Origin: Acidimicrobiia bacterium
Lineage (GTDB): Bacteria > Actinomycetota > Acidimicrobiia > Spongiisociales > ZC4RG35
Direction of reading: 5' to 3'
Assembly (NCBI GenBank): GCA_041742825.1
Contig: JBGTNX010000017.1
Location: 7,716-71,715 of the forward strand
DNA length: 64,000 nucleotides
A program made the position numbers and the translations under genes. Within the stretch, counting starts at the first letter, position 1; every line of letters begins with the position of its first letter. Under the pieces are notes generated by a model. The model saw only the letters and a program-made list of their open reading frames with translations. It had not been told where the DNA came from and did not search any database. This document shows positions 10,187-20,331 of this stretch, one piece after another.

Positions 10187-10375
10187 CTAGGACGCCCGTC
10201 GATCGGTGGGAACGAGTCGGAGTTTGGGCACCAGCCCGGTTTCGGCGAGATTATCGAGGGCGGTCACCTCATCCTCGCTCAGTTCAACCGGCCCGATCTG
10301 GAACAGGACGGAGACCACGCAGTCATCACACGCCGATGTGTTCTTCATGGCGCAGACATCACAGTCGATCAGCAT
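10187..10375 (-). CDS. small Cys4 (CxxC-N7-CxxC) protein
   Basis: 62 aa, MLIDCDVCAMKNTSACDDC zinc-ribbon-like N-terminus. Confidence 0.45.
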   Translation of the reverse strand: MLIDCDVCAMKNTSACDDCVVSVLFQIGPVELSEDEVTALDNLAETGLVPKLRLVPTDRRAS

Positions 10376-10430
10376 CTCTCATCTCCTTCCTGTCAGCGCG
10401 AAACGTATCGCCCACCTGTGACAGATTCGG

Positions 10431-10465
10431 AAAGAAAAAGAGCCCCCTGGAATCCAGGGGGCTCT
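10431..10465 (-). terminator. intrinsic terminator after the opu-type operon
   Basis: 12-bp GC-rich stem agagccccctgg/ccagggggctct with 3-nt loop, followed on the minus strand by a U-tract (cuuuuucuuu). Confidence 0.8.
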
Positions 10466-10485
10466 TTTCGACTTCGTCGGAACGA

Positions 10486-11397
10486 TCAGCCTTCGATGAA
10501 CCCGTTTGCGGTGAGCCACTCGGTGGCCAAGGCCGCAGGATCCTCCTGGTCGATGTCGGCACGTTTGTTCATCTCGGTGAGATCCTCGGTGGTGAGGGCC
10601 TCCGAGATGCGATTCAGCAAGTTGGTCAGGTCGTCTCCGTAGGCGTCGACGACATCGGTCCGAATTGCCGGAACCAGGTTCTCGGCCGGGTTCAAGCCCA
10701 TGTCATCTTCGAGCGAGACCCAACCACGGTCGGCGATGATGCCCTGTGTTGTGAACAGGAGCGCCACATCGATCTCCCCACCGTCAAGAGCGGCGATCGT
10801 GATTGGCCCTGCAGTATCGAGGGAAACGAATTCGGCGAACTCAAGCCCGTATACGTCACTCAGGCCGAGCAAGCAGAGATCTCTCTCCGGACATTCGGGC
10901 GGGCCGCCAAAGACGAGCTCGCCCGCCACGGGCTGGAGGTCGGAGACCGTGGTCAGACCGTATTCGGCGGCGGTTTCGGCTGTGACCACGTAAGCGTTCT
11001 TGTCCTGCGCCGGGCTGTACTGGAGCAACGTCACACCGTTCTCCTCGAAAGCTGCCTTGGCGTCACTCCACGTCGACTCGGAATCGGCAGTGGGCGTGGC
11101 GCCGAGGAACGTGGCAAGGGTGCCCACGTACTCCGGGACCAGGTCGACTTCACCTGACTCGAGGGCCGGCTTGACTACCTCGCGGTTGCCGAGATTGAGC
11201 CTGCGCTCGACTTCGAAACCCTTGGACTCGAGGGCTTGGGCATAGATCTCGGCGACGATCACCGACTCGTTGAATGCGAAAGAACCAACGATTACCGGAT
11301 CTCCATCAACGGCACCGTCACCCGATCCACAGGCCGTTGCCACCAGGGACAAGGCCAGGATCGCCCCAACAGCGCGTTTGCGGACAATTTTCCGCAT
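10486..11397 (-). CDS. glycine betaine/choline-type ABC transporter substrate-binding lipoprotein
   Basis: Start set at MRKIVRK, preceded by AAGGAG; lipobox LVATAC; OpuC/ProX-like body; last gene of the ABC operon. Confidence 0.85.
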   Translation of the reverse strand: MRKIVRKRAVGAILALSLVATACGSGDGAVDGDPVIVGSFAFNESVIVAEIYAQALESKGFEVERRLNLGNREVVKPALESGEVDLVPEYVGTLATFLGATPTADSESTWSDAKAAFEENGVTLLQYSPAQDKNAYVVTAETAAEYGLTTVSDLQPVAGELVFGGPPECPERDLCLLGLSDVYGLEFAEFVSLDTAGPITIAALDGGEIDVALLFTTQGIIADRGWVSLEDDMGLNPAENLVPAIRTDVVDAYGDDLTNLLNRISEALTTEDLTEMNKRADIDQEDPAALATEWLTANGFIEG

Positions 11398-11510
11398 GGG
11401 TTTCTCCTTTATATAGCTAGCTAGGCGACCGTTTTCCATCGGTCAGTCACTGACCGAAACCCGGGCACCGGTTAGACCCAACCCTATGCGGGTCCGGGAG
11501 ATTCCCGAAT

Positions 11511-12218
11511 TCATCTGGCGACGGTGAGCCCTTTCGGAGTCACCGCGCGCTGGATGAGACTGAAACCCACTTCCGCGACAATCGCCAACAGCCCGACTGC
11601 AATCGCCCCGAACAGGATCTCGCCGTTGTCCCGCACGGCGAATCCGTCGATTATGTAGCGACCGAGACCGCCCCAGGCGACCAGGGCACCCAGCGTTGCA
11701 GTTGCAATCACCTGGACGAAAGCTATGCGAACCCCTTCCATCACCAGCGGCATTGCCATGGGAAGCTCGATACCGAATAGGACCTGCCTCCCGGTGAGCC
11801 CCATCCCGCGTCCCGCCTCGATTGTCGACGGCTGGACCGCCTGAATCCCGGCGATCGTGTTGGTGAACACAGGGGGCGCGGCAAGGGCGATCAGTGCCAC
11901 GAGGATCGACCACGGAGTCCGCACCCCGGCTCCCATCTCGACGAGGATGAGGAAGGCGATCGCAAGGATCCCGAACGACGGGAGGGCCCGGCCGATGTTG
12001 ACCACAGCCGTCGCCGCCTGCGAACCCTTTCTTACGTGCCCGAGGTAGAGAGCCAGCGGGAAAACCACCACAATGGCGATCACAGTTGCAGCCACCGATA
12101 CCCAGACATGTTCGAAGAGCCGGATCCAGAAGGATCCCGAGCCGGTCCAGGTCGCCGGATCGGTGACGAATTCGATGAGCTGGCCCCAGATGCCCATCAG
12201 GCGTTCGCCCTTGCCCAC
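11511..12218 (-). CDS. ABC transporter permease (OpuCB/CD-like)
   Basis: BPD-type permease with EAGRGMGLTGRQ EAA loop; an alternative ATG at 12197 forms a TGATG overlap with the upstream gene. Confidence 0.85.
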   Translation of the reverse strand: MGKGERLMGIWGQLIEFVTDPATWTGSGSFWIRLFEHVWVSVAATVIAIVVVFPLALYLGHVRKGSQAATAVVNIGRALPSFGILAIAFLILVEMGAGVRTPWSILVALIALAAPPVFTNTIAGIQAVQPSTIEAGRGMGLTGRQVLFGIELPMAMPLVMEGVRIAFVQVIATATLGALVAWGGLGRYIIDGFAVRDNGEILFGAIAVGLLAIVAEVGFSLIQRAVTPKGLTVAR

Positions 12219-12865
12219 GGGCTCAGCATTCGCTGGAGAGCGATGAAGGCGAGGTCGAGGATCGTGGCGAGCACGACGGAGAGGACGACGCCGACTATCA
12301 GCTGGGTCCAGAAGAAGGTGTTGATGCCGCGCAGGATGAAGAAGCCGTACCCGCCCAGCCCGATCGCTGCGGTCACCGTCACCAGGCCCACAGTTGTCAC
12401 CGTCGCAATCCGCAGTCCGGCCATGATCACCGGGAGGGCGAGGGGAACCTCCATCTTCCAGAACCTGGCTCGAGCGGTATAGCCCATTCCGTCAGCGGCC
12501 TCCTTTACGGCCTCAGGCACCCCGTCGATTCCGGCCACGATGTTCCGGATGAGGATGAACAGCGTGTAGGAGGTGAGAGCGATGATCGCTGTGGTTTCGC
12601 TCAGCCCGGTGAACGGGACCAACAAGGCGAAGAGGGCAAGCGACGGAATGGTGTAGAGCAGGCCGGCAAACCCTGTGATCGAGGGATAGGTCCAACGCCA
12701 GCGGAGCACGATGATGGTCAGGCCGACCGAGATCAGCAGCCCGAGGCCCACCGAGATGCCGGTGAGTATGAGGTGCTCCCAGGTTCGGTCGATGATCTGG
12801 CCCAGATTCCTCTCGACCCACGACCAATCAATCAGTTGGTCGGATTGCGCCAGAACGGGGCTCAT
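12197..12865 (-). CDS. ABC transporter permease (OpuCB/CD-like)
   Basis: EAA loop EAADGMGYTARARF; ATGA overlap with the ATPase gene. Confidence 0.85.
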   Translation of the reverse strand: MSPVLAQSDQLIDWSWVERNLGQIIDRTWEHLILTGISVGLGLLISVGLTIIVLRWRWTYPSITGFAGLLYTIPSLALFALLVPFTGLSETTAIIALTSYTLFILIRNIVAGIDGVPEAVKEAADGMGYTARARFWKMEVPLALPVIMAGLRIATVTTVGLVTVTAAIGLGGYGFFILRGINTFFWTQLIVGVVLSVVLATILDLAFIALQRMLSPWARANA

Positions 12866-13968
12866 TCGGTGATTTCCCCGGCAATTGCTTCGAGGTCGAG
12901 CATCCCGCGGTACTCATCGTTCTCGACAACAACCGCGATCCGGGCGTGACCTGTGACAACGGCATCCAGTGCCTCACGCAATGTGGACGAGGGCGTGAGT
13001 GACACCGCGAAGGGCCGCGCCTCTGCTCCCGCCAGGCCCGATGACTCGATATCGCCGCGATCGACCCAGCCGAGCAGTCTCTTTCCATCGAGGACACCGA
13101 TCCAGTCGATCCCATTCTCGGACATGATTCGTTCCGCGTCCTGACGCGATCCGCCGCGATCGATCATCGGGCCATGCACCATGTCCGCAGAGCTGATCGG
13201 CAGCAGCCCGAGTCGTTTCAGACCCCGCTCCCCGCCGAGAAAATCTGCGACGAACTGGTTTGCAGGCTCACTGAGAATCGCCTCAGGGCTGTCGTACTGT
13301 TCGAGAATTCCTCCCGTGTTGAGGATGGCGATCCTGGTGCCGAGAAAGATTGCCTCGTCGATGTCATGGGTGACGAAGACCACGGTCTTCCCCAGCTTGT
13401 CCTGAAGGTCGAGGAATTCTCGTTGGAGGTGGCCGCGGACGATCGGGTCGACCGCGCCAAACGGCTCGTCCATGAGCAGGACCGGAGGGTCGGCGGCGAG
13501 CGCACGGGCGACGCCGACTCTCTGCTGCTGTCCGCCGGACAACTCAGCCGGATAGCGTTCGAGCATCTCTGTCTCCAGACCAACCACATCGATGAGCTCC
13601 GAAATCCGCGCCCGGGTCCGCGGCTTGTCCCATCCCAACAGCTCCGGGACGGTTGCGATGTTCTGGGCGATCGTGCGGTGGGGAAAGAGGCCGATCTGTT
13701 GGATTACGTACCCGATCGATCTGCGGAGCTCGTGTGCCGGCACTGACATCGCATCAACCCCATCGACCTGGATCGAACCGCTCGTCGGCTCGATGATGCG
13801 ATTGATCATCTTGAGGGTCGTGGTCTTGCCGCAACCCGAAGGGCCGACGAGGGTAACGAACTCACCCCTGCCGACGTCGAGGCTCAAACGGTCCACCGCC
13901 GGGGAGGCTGCTCCCGGGTAGTGCTTCGACACTTCCTCGAGCTTGATCATCACTTCGCTGGCGACCAC
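12862..13968 (-). CDS. ABC transporter ATP-binding protein with C-terminal CBS pair (OpuCA/ProV-like)
   Basis: Walker A GPSGCGKTT, signature LSGGQQQR, Walker B LLMDEPF, then a CBS-like tail. Confidence 0.9.
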   Translation of the reverse strand: MVASEVMIKLEEVSKHYPGAASPAVDRLSLDVGRGEFVTLVGPSGCGKTTTLKMINRIIEPTSGSIQVDGVDAMSVPAHELRRSIGYVIQQIGLFPHRTIAQNIATVPELLGWDKPRTRARISELIDVVGLETEMLERYPAELSGGQQQRVGVARALAADPPVLLMDEPFGAVDPIVRGHLQREFLDLQDKLGKTVVFVTHDIDEAIFLGTRIAILNTGGILEQYDSPEAILSEPANQFVADFLGGERGLKRLGLLPISSADMVHGPMIDRGGSRQDAERIMSENGIDWIGVLDGKRLLGWVDRGDIESSGLAGAEARPFAVSLTPSSTLREALDAVVTGHARIAVVVENDEYRGMLDLEAIAGEITE

Positions 13969-14014
13969 ACACCTACTTCCTGGTTGGCGTGAAGGTTAGA
14001 AGGTGGGCCGGGAC

Positions 14015-14926
14015 TTATTCCAGGCTGGAAATGAACTCCAGGATCAAGGCCGTGTACTGCTCGCCGAGGACCTCGAGAGATTCGACGTGGTCGGCACCCT
14101 CTACCTGGACCAGCCGGACCAGCGTTGGGTTGATCCGGGCGAAGTCGACACTTGTGCTGATCGGGACCGTGAGATCTGCCGTACCGTGATGTACCAGGAT
14201 CGGAAGCTTCAGGCTCTCCGACGAGCTATCCACATAGTCGAGCGTCCTCCAGCTGATCCCGATCCGCAGCGACGTCATGAACTTGGCCACTGCGCTCAGG
14301 CTCTCAGGGACCTTGAAGGGCAGAATCGGGAGTTCTCTCTGGGATGCATTGTGAACGACCGTTTCGCCGAAGTCGATATTCGGAGAATCGAAATGGGCTC
14401 CAATTACGCGATCCCGGATCTCGCGATAGAGAAAACCGAGGGTGTGGGCGGCGCCGGTTGAGTAGGAATTCATGAATACCTTCTCGGCCCCATTCGCCAG
14501 GGCGTAGTCAACTGCATCACTGACATCGCTGTGCTCGGTGGCCCCGTACTGGTAGAAGCCGGAAGGATCTTCGGGCTGGCCGTCGTCGTTCCGGTACGTG
14601 ATTGCGAGCTGGGGATAGCCGGCATCCTGGAGCGGAGCGAAGAGCGGCTCAGCTTCAGCCGGAGTGGCGCCGAGGCCGTGGACATGGATCACCCACGTGT
14701 CTCCGTCAGAAGGCAGGTACCACGCGTCCATCGCGCCAAGCTCGGTCTCGTACTCGACGAGCTCCATCTCGTAGCCGCCGCCGGTAACGGTGATCGGGTC
14801 CGGATCGATGACAAAGGCATCGTCGATCAGCTCGCCGGAGAAGTACCAGCCGCCCGCCGCATAGAAAAGAATTGCCAGGGCGACGACCGACCAGAACAGG
14901 CCGCGAAAAATGGATTTGGTGTTCAC
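14015..14926 (-). CDS. alpha/beta hydrolase with N-terminal TM anchor
   Basis: HVHGLG oxyanion region, nucleophile elbow NSYSTGA, C-terminal GADH. Confidence 0.7.
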   Translation of the reverse strand: MNTKSIFRGLFWSVVALAILFYAAGGWYFSGELIDDAFVIDPDPITVTGGGYEMELVEYETELGAMDAWYLPSDGDTWVIHVHGLGATPAEAEPLFAPLQDAGYPQLAITYRNDDGQPEDPSGFYQYGATEHSDVSDAVDYALANGAEKVFMNSYSTGAAHTLGFLYREIRDRVIGAHFDSPNIDFGETVVHNASQRELPILPFKVPESLSAVAKFMTSLRIGISWRTLDYVDSSSESLKLPILVHHGTADLTVPISTSVDFARINPTLVRLVQVEGADHVESLEVLGEQYTALILEFISSLE

Positions 14927-14946
14927 CAGCCTGATTCTGCCTTATT

Positions 14947-15849
14947 TCAGGCCGCTGGCAAGGACAAACCGCCAACCAGATGATCGTCGTCGTCGGTGAC
15001 CGGAATCGGGTCGTCCCCGAATGTCTCTCCCAGTGGGCGGGCTTCCTCGATCGTGGCGTCGACCCTTGTCGACACCGGGTCGTCCATAACACTCGCCACT
15101 GTACGGTTCCCGTCGCCGTTGAGATCCTCCCGGCGCACCACCCCGACCAGCACCCCTTCTTCGGCAACCGCAAGGACACTTTCGGTGTGGAGCTTCAGAG
15201 TGTCGGCCGCCTGGAGGAGAGGCGCAACGTACACGGGCTCGCCCATGAACCGGTACACCCGGTCCGGCGCCGACTTGACCATGACGGCACCTGCTCGAGC
15301 TGCGCCCTTGATTCGGGCCCCGGAGCCAAAGCGGGAGCGTCGCAACCATGAGCCACCGGGAGCACCCACGACCATCAGCGAGCCGTCTTCGGCGGTATCG
15401 GCAAGCTCATTCATGTCCTGGGCCTGGACCACCCTTCGGTCGGCGCCGGGGAACCTTTCGCCGTAGAAGGCCACGATCCTCATCGCATCACCAAGGCCTT
15501 CGGAGTCCTGGTGGGCGGAAACGATTTCGAGGGGAACGCCGAGCGCGTTGGAGATGTGGGCAGCGGTGTTCACTGCCAGTTCGGAATGAGGGCCGCCGGC
15601 AACCGTCGCCGAAACCCTGGTAATCCGCTCCGGGTCGAAGTCGACCGGCACCGCCACATTGGCGAGGTCGAAAGAGCCTGGCATCTTCTTGGCGACGACA
15701 AAGTCGGCACGATGATCGAGACAGCCCCGGAACAGGTCACCTTGAATCCGGTCGGGCTCACCGGTGGAGAGAATCTCGGCCAGTTCGAGACAACCCTTCC
15801 CTCGCGTCCACACCACATTCTGTTCCGCCAGGGACTGTGAAGTCATCAC
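14947..15849 (-). CDS. hypothetical protein with C-terminal CBS domain (USP-like N-terminal half)
   Basis: C-terminal ...AVAEEGVLVGVVRREDL...VMDDPVSTRVD... looks like a CBS module; the N-terminal part is only loosely USP-like. Confidence 0.5.
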   Translation of the reverse strand: MMTSQSLAEQNVVWTRGKGCLELAEILSTGEPDRIQGDLFRGCLDHRADFVVAKKMPGSFDLANVAVPVDFDPERITRVSATVAGGPHSELAVNTAAHISNALGVPLEIVSAHQDSEGLGDAMRIVAFYGERFPGADRRVVQAQDMNELADTAEDGSLMVVGAPGGSWLRRSRFGSGARIKGAARAGAVMVKSAPDRVYRFMGEPVYVAPLLQAADTLKLHTESVLAVAEEGVLVGVVRREDLNGDGNRTVASVMDDPVSTRVDATIEEARPLGETFGDDPIPVTDDDDHLVGGLSLPAA

Positions 15850-15938
15850 TGCCTTTCGCTGCTACCGGGCCGCCGGTTGTGGCCCTTACTCACACCCAAC
15901 CCTCTGATCATCCTAGAGCGGTATGACAGAATGTCTCT

Positions 15939-16538
15939 ATGGAATTCAGAGAAGTGCTGGAACGTCGGCGGATGGTCCGGAACTACAAGGACGAGGAAAT
16001 CGACACCGATACCCTCGCCCGGGTTGCGGCCGCCGCCCTCCGCGCCCCGTCGGCAGGCAACTCCCAGGGCGTCTCAGTCGTTGTGGTCACCGATCGGCAC
16101 CGGCGTCAGGAGATCGCAGGCCTTGCCGACGAGGCCGCCTACGTCGCGGCCGGGTTCGACCCATGGATTTCCCGGGCACCGGCGCACATCGTGATTTCGA
16201 TGTCGGAGCAGATCTACCACGAGCGATACCGGGAACCGGACAAAGTCGACGGGCGGGGCGAGGAGATCCCGTGGCCGGTCCCCTACTGGTGGGTCGATGC
16301 CGGCGCAGCGATGATGGCGGTGCTACTCGCCGCTGTCGACGAAGGGCTGGCTGCGGGGTTTCTCGGCGTCCACTCGATTCCTGACCTGAAGGCGCTGCTC
16401 GCGATCCCCGAAGAATTCTCACCGCTCGGTGTGATCACTGTGGGCCATCCCGCTCCGGATCGGAGGTCAAAAAGCCTCGATCGGGGCCAACGCCCATTGG
16501 AGGAGACTCTCCACTTCGATACCTATACCGCTCGCTGA
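15939..16538 (+). CDS. nitroreductase family protein
   Basis: RRMVRNY...APSAGNSQG motif typical of the NADH oxidase/flavin nitroreductase fold. Confidence 0.8.
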   Translation: MEFREVLERRRMVRNYKDEEIDTDTLARVAAAALRAPSAGNSQGVSVVVVTDRHRRQEIAGLADEAAYVAAGFDPWISRAPAHIVISMSEQIYHERYREPDKVDGRGEEIPWPVPYWWVDAGAAMMAVLLAAVDEGLAAGFLGVHSIPDLKALLAIPEEFSPLGVITVGHPAPDRRSKSLDRGQRPLEETLHFDTYTAR

Positions 16539-17302
16539 CCCCGCTGACGGACCGCCTCATAGACAACCAGCGCTGCCGCGATCGCGGTGTTCAACGAGTC
16601 CGCTCCGCCCTGCATCGGTATCGAGACGTTGGTATGGGCGCTGACGAGGGTATCTTCGGTCAGCCCCGTCGCCTCCGCCCCGACCCAGATCGCAACCGCT
16701 CCGCCCAGCTCCGCCTCCCAATAAACCGACGGCGCCCCCGGAGTCGTGGCCACCGACCGGATGTCGTGATCGCGCAGCCACCCGATGACACTGGCCCGGT
16801 CCGCGATGGCCACCGGGACGGAGAAAAGGGTTCCTGTCGACGACCTGACCGTGTTCGGGTTGAACGGGTCGGCCGCGGGCTCGACCAGGATGACGCCGTC
16901 GGCACCAGCGCCATCGGCGATCCGGAGCAGTGCCCCGAGGTTGCCCGGCTTCTCCAGCCCTTCTGCCACCAAGAGCAGAGGATCGGCTGAGAGGGTCACC
17001 ATTTCCAAGCTCGTATCCCAGTAGGGAAACACGGCAATGACCCCTGTCGATGAGCGCCGGTAAGATGCCCGGTCGATCGCTTCACGGCTCATCGTCAACT
17101 GCGCGAGGTCGAACCGGGGCAGGTTGGCGTCGGGGCAAACATAGGTCTCAACCGGGCGATGGCCACGTTCAAGAGCGCGTTCTAGGATCCGGGGCTCTTC
17201 GACGACGAACAGCCTCTCCCCGTCGCGATGACGCCTCTGCTGGAGGCGAACCAGCCGCTTGACCTGATCATTCGCCGGTGAGGAGATGTCGTAGGCGGTC
17301 AA
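16523..17302 (-). CDS. TrmH/SpoU family RNA 2'-O-methyltransferase
   Basis: SpoU motifs LEKPGNLGALLR, WVGAEATGL, IPMQGGADSLNTAIAA. Confidence 0.85.
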   Translation of the reverse strand: MTAYDISSPANDQVKRLVRLQQRRHRDGERLFVVEEPRILERALERGHRPVETYVCPDANLPRFDLAQLTMSREAIDRASYRRSSTGVIAVFPYWDTSLEMVTLSADPLLLVAEGLEKPGNLGALLRIADGAGADGVILVEPAADPFNPNTVRSSTGTLFSVPVAIADRASVIGWLRDHDIRSVATTPGAPSVYWEAELGGAVAIWVGAEATGLTEDTLVSAHTNVSIPMQGGADSLNTAIAAALVVYEAVRQRGQRAV

Positions 17303-17305
17303 GCC

Positions 17306-17539
17306 TTACCCGCTATCGTCGGAGCCCGGCGGCAGCATCCGTTCCAGGATCTCCAGGGCCAGCTCGGTGTCATCGGCTCGGACCAACACCTTGACCCCGG
17401 AATATGCCTCGAGCTGAGGAACCGCCCCAGAGGCCGAGTCGGCCTGGATCATCGAATCGACGCCGCTCGAAGCGAGCTTGGCCTTGACCAGGTTCGCCTC
17501 GGCCGAAGAGCTATACATCCCGATCTGCACCAGTTCCAT
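17306..17539 (-). CDS. DUF2007-like small protein
   Basis: ORF 17306..17740 trimmed to the internal ATG (MELVQIG...) because the longer form runs into the divergent exonuclease gene; the AEANLVKAKLASSGV pattern resembles DUF2007. Confidence 0.45.
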   Translation of the reverse strand: MELVQIGMYSSSAEANLVKAKLASSGVDSMIQADSASGAVPQLEAYSGVKVLVRADDTELALEILERMLPPGSDDSG

Positions 17540-17596
17540 GACCCCTGACTCTAATACTTGCAGAAGCGAACATATGTTCGATAAGGTAACCCGGGC

Positions 17597-19234
17597 GTGG
17601 CCCTCCCCATCCAGCCCAGTTTCGACGACCTGTCGACCCCGCTCTTCGATGTCACCTTCTGCGTCCTCGACCTCGAGACCACCGGCGGATCGCCCGCAAC
17701 ATGTGAGATAACCGAGATCGGCGCGGTCAAGTACTGCCACGGTGAGGAGGTCGGATCATTCCAGACACTCGTCGATCCCGGAGCCCCGATTCCCGCTTCG
17801 ATAACAATGCTCACCGGGATCACCCATGCCATGGTCTACGACGCCCCAAAGATCGAGAACGTCCTCCCCTCATTCCTCGAGTTCATCGGTGACGCTGTGA
17901 TCGTCGGGCACAACGTTCGCTTCGACATGTCGTTCCTCAATGCTGCGACAGGCCGTCTCGGCTACCCCCCGCTGACCAATTCGCGGGTAGATACCGCTGC
18001 CCTGGGGCGACGGTTGATCCGGGGCGAGGTCAGAAATCTCAGGCTCGCCAGCCTCGCTGCTTTCTTCAGGAGCCCCGTGGTGCCCAATCATCGGGCTCTC
18101 GAAGATGCAAAGGCCACCGCCCATGTGCTGCACGGCCTTCTCGAGCGCGCCGGGTCGCTGGGTGTCACCAACATCGACGACCTGCTTGCCCTGCCTCGGG
18201 CGAAAGGCGCCCGCTATTACACGAAGATCCGCCTCTCCGACCAGCTCCCACCTGCACCCGGCGTGTACATGTTCCGCGACCGCAACGGCGCCGTGATCTA
18301 CGTGGGCAAGGCGACCAACCTGCGCCAGAGAGTCAGGCAGTACTTTTACGGCGATACCCGAAAGACAATCGGCAACATGATGCGGGAGATGGCAACCATC
18401 GATCATCAGGTCTGCCCCACCGTCCTCGAGGCCGAAGTCGCCGAACTGCGCCTGATCCATGCCCATCGACCCCGCTACAACCGGAGGAGCCGCCCGCCGA
18501 AGTCGTCTCACTTCGTTCGGGTGACCAGGGAGCAGTTTCCCCGGCTGTCGGTGGTGCGGACAGTCAAGGACGACGCACTGGCCCACCTCGGCCCGTTCCG
18601 GAGCAAGAAGGCGGCAGACATGGTGATGGCGGCGATCTGGGATGCGATCCCGGTGCGACGGTGCACGGGCAGGCCGGCGAGCCGGGGTGGTAGCGGCGCT
18701 CCCGCCCAGCTCGGGGTTGCAATGTGCCCGTGCGACGGCAGGCTCGACCCGGGCGCATATTCCCGGGTGATCGACGACCTTCTCAACGGCCTCAACCATC
18801 ACGCGGAGGTCCTCCTCGAGCCGCTCCGGGAACGGATGGACCAATACTCTGCCGAGCAGAGATTCGAGGAAGCGGGCTGGGCCCGCGACCGGCACAATGC
18901 ACTGGCTCGATCTCTCCTGAGACGCCAGCAATGGGCAGCCCTGGAGTCGGCAGGGGTGTTCGAGGCAGTCTCGGCAGCAGGTGAGCACGTACTGGTGGAC
19001 CACGGAATCCTCGTTTCCACCTGGAGGGACGCAGGCCGACCCCTGCTGGAAAGCCCTACAGTCAGTTCGCTCACCCGCCGGCAAGTCGCTCCCTCCGTGG
19101 AGGCCGCCGAAGAATCGGCGTTGATCTGGAACTGGTTGGAGAACTCGAGTATCGGGCTGGTCTCCGCGCAGGGTGGACTTGCCCTCCCCAAGGCCCCGGT
19201 GAGAATTCTCAAGGTGGGACACCGCGCCGCCTAG
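17597..19234 (+). CDS. DEDD (DnaQ-like) 3'-5' exonuclease fused to a GIY-YIG (UvrC/Cho-like) nuclease domain
   Basis: FCVLDLETTG Exo I, GHNVRFD Exo II, HRALEDA Exo III; then GVYMFRDRNGAVIYVGKATNLRQR, a GIY-YIG motif. Confidence 0.8.
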   Translation: MALPIQPSFDDLSTPLFDVTFCVLDLETTGGSPATCEITEIGAVKYCHGEEVGSFQTLVDPGAPIPASITMLTGITHAMVYDAPKIENVLPSFLEFIGDAVIVGHNVRFDMSFLNAATGRLGYPPLTNSRVDTAALGRRLIRGEVRNLRLASLAAFFRSPVVPNHRALEDAKATAHVLHGLLERAGSLGVTNIDDLLALPRAKGARYYTKIRLSDQLPPAPGVYMFRDRNGAVIYVGKATNLRQRVRQYFYGDTRKTIGNMMREMATIDHQVCPTVLEAEVAELRLIHAHRPRYNRRSRPPKSSHFVRVTREQFPRLSVVRTVKDDALAHLGPFRSKKAADMVMAAIWDAIPVRRCTGRPASRGGSGAPAQLGVAMCPCDGRLDPGAYSRVIDDLLNGLNHHAEVLLEPLRERMDQYSAEQRFEEAGWARDRHNALARSLLRRQQWAALESAGVFEAVSAAGEHVLVDHGILVSTWRDAGRPLLESPTVSSLTRRQVAPSVEAAEESALIWNWLENSSIGLVSAQGGLALPKAPVRILKVGHRAA

Positions 19235-19245
19235 CCGGGGTTTCC

Positions 19246-19279
19246 CTTTAGTATTCAACAGCTTGCATACTTATGCAGT
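19246..19279 (+). promoter_or_regulatory. putative ArgR operator (ARG box) upstream of argC
   Basis: Perfect palindrome TGCATA-CT-TATGCA at 19264..19277, about 20 nt before the argC start, with an adjacent AT-rich half-site-like tagtattcaaca; argR is encoded in the same operon. Confidence 0.55.
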
Positions 19280-19296
19280 GAAGCTAATGTCCCTTT

Positions 19297-20331
19297 ATGC
19301 ACAAGGTCGCAATTGTTGGCGCTTCTGGATACGTTGGCGCCGAGATCCTCAGGCTCGTAGCCGCCCATGAGGAGTTCGAGGTGGCGGCGGCCACCGGTGA
19401 CTCGGCGGCAGGGACATCGATCGCCCAAAGGTATCCCCACCTTTCGGGAGTCCTAGGTGATCTCGCGTTCAGCGAGTATTCGCCTGAGGTCGCAGAAGGC
19501 GCCGATATCACCTTCCTCGCCCTCCCCCATGGCCGATCCCAGCAAATAGTCCCCGAACTCAGCACCACCACCAAGCGGATCATCGACCTCTCGGCCGACT
19601 TCAGGTTTTTCGACGCCGCCATCTACGAACATTGGTACGGCGGGGCCCACAATCAACCGGCGCTTCTCGAGGAGTTCGTCACAGGCCTACCCGAGCTGTT
19701 CCGGTCCGGGCTGTCCGGGGCAAACCAGATCGCGGTAGCGGGCTGTTATGTAACTGCGGCTTCCCTTGCCCTGGCCCCACTCGTCGGCGCAGGATTGGTC
19801 GCACCGAAAGGGATCATCGTCGACGCTGCGAGCGGGACGTCCGGGGCAGGGCGCAGTTCGAAACCAGAAATGACGTTCTCCGCCGTCGACGAGAATTTCG
19901 TTGCCTACGGCCTTCTCGACCACCGCCACACCCCGGAGATGGAAATGGTCATCGGCCGGCACAGCGGCCACGACGTACAGCTGCTGTTCACCCCTCACCT
20001 CGCTCCGATGAGCCGGGGAATACTCGCGACGTGTTACGGGCGACCCGCCGGATCTCTCACAACCGAAGAGGCGCTCACCTGTCTCCGGGAGTTCTACTCC
20101 AACGAACCGTTCGTCACAGTCAGCGACGCCTCCCCATCGACGAAGTCGACCCTCGGTTCAAACAGCGTCCACCTGACCGCCAGGGTGGATCCCCGCACCG
20201 GATGGGTCGTCGTGATCGCTGCTCTCGACAATCTGGTCAAGGGGGCGGCCGGCCAGGCGATCCAATGCGCAAACATTGCCCTCGGGCTGCCCGAAACCAC
20301 CGGCCTTCCCATTTCCGGGATGTTCCCGTGA
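19297..20331 (+). CDS. argC: N-acetyl-gamma-glutamyl-phosphate reductase
   Basis: GASGYVGAE N-terminus, active-site AGCYVTA, conserved DNLVKGAAGQA. Confidence 0.95.
   Translation: MHKVAIVGASGYVGAEILRLVAAHEEFEVAAATGDSAAGTSIAQRYPHLSGVLGDLAFSEYSPEVAEGADITFLALPHGRSQQIVPELSTTTKRIIDLSADFRFFDAAIYEHWYGGAHNQPALLEEFVTGLPELFRSGLSGANQIAVAGCYVTAASLALAPLVGAGLVAPKGIIVDAASGTSGAGRSSKPEMTFSAVDENFVAYGLLDHRHTPEMEMVIGRHSGHDVQLLFTPHLAPMSRGILATCYGRPAGSLTTEEALTCLREFYSNEPFVTVSDASPSTKSTLGSNSVHLTARVDPRTGWVVVIAALDNLVKGAAGQAIQCANIALGLPETTGLPISGMFP

Noticed and set aside
17870-19258. Long antisense or shadow ORFs opposite clearly assigned genes. Examples: 17870..19258, 7553..8728, 10147..11157, 22717..23796, 25585..26973, 28529..29659, 42030..42863, 46951..47859, 49978..51270
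   Set aside because: These are typical high-GC shadow ORFs. Their translations are Arg/Gly/Pro-rich with no motifs, while the opposite strand encodes proteins with unmistakable family signatures.
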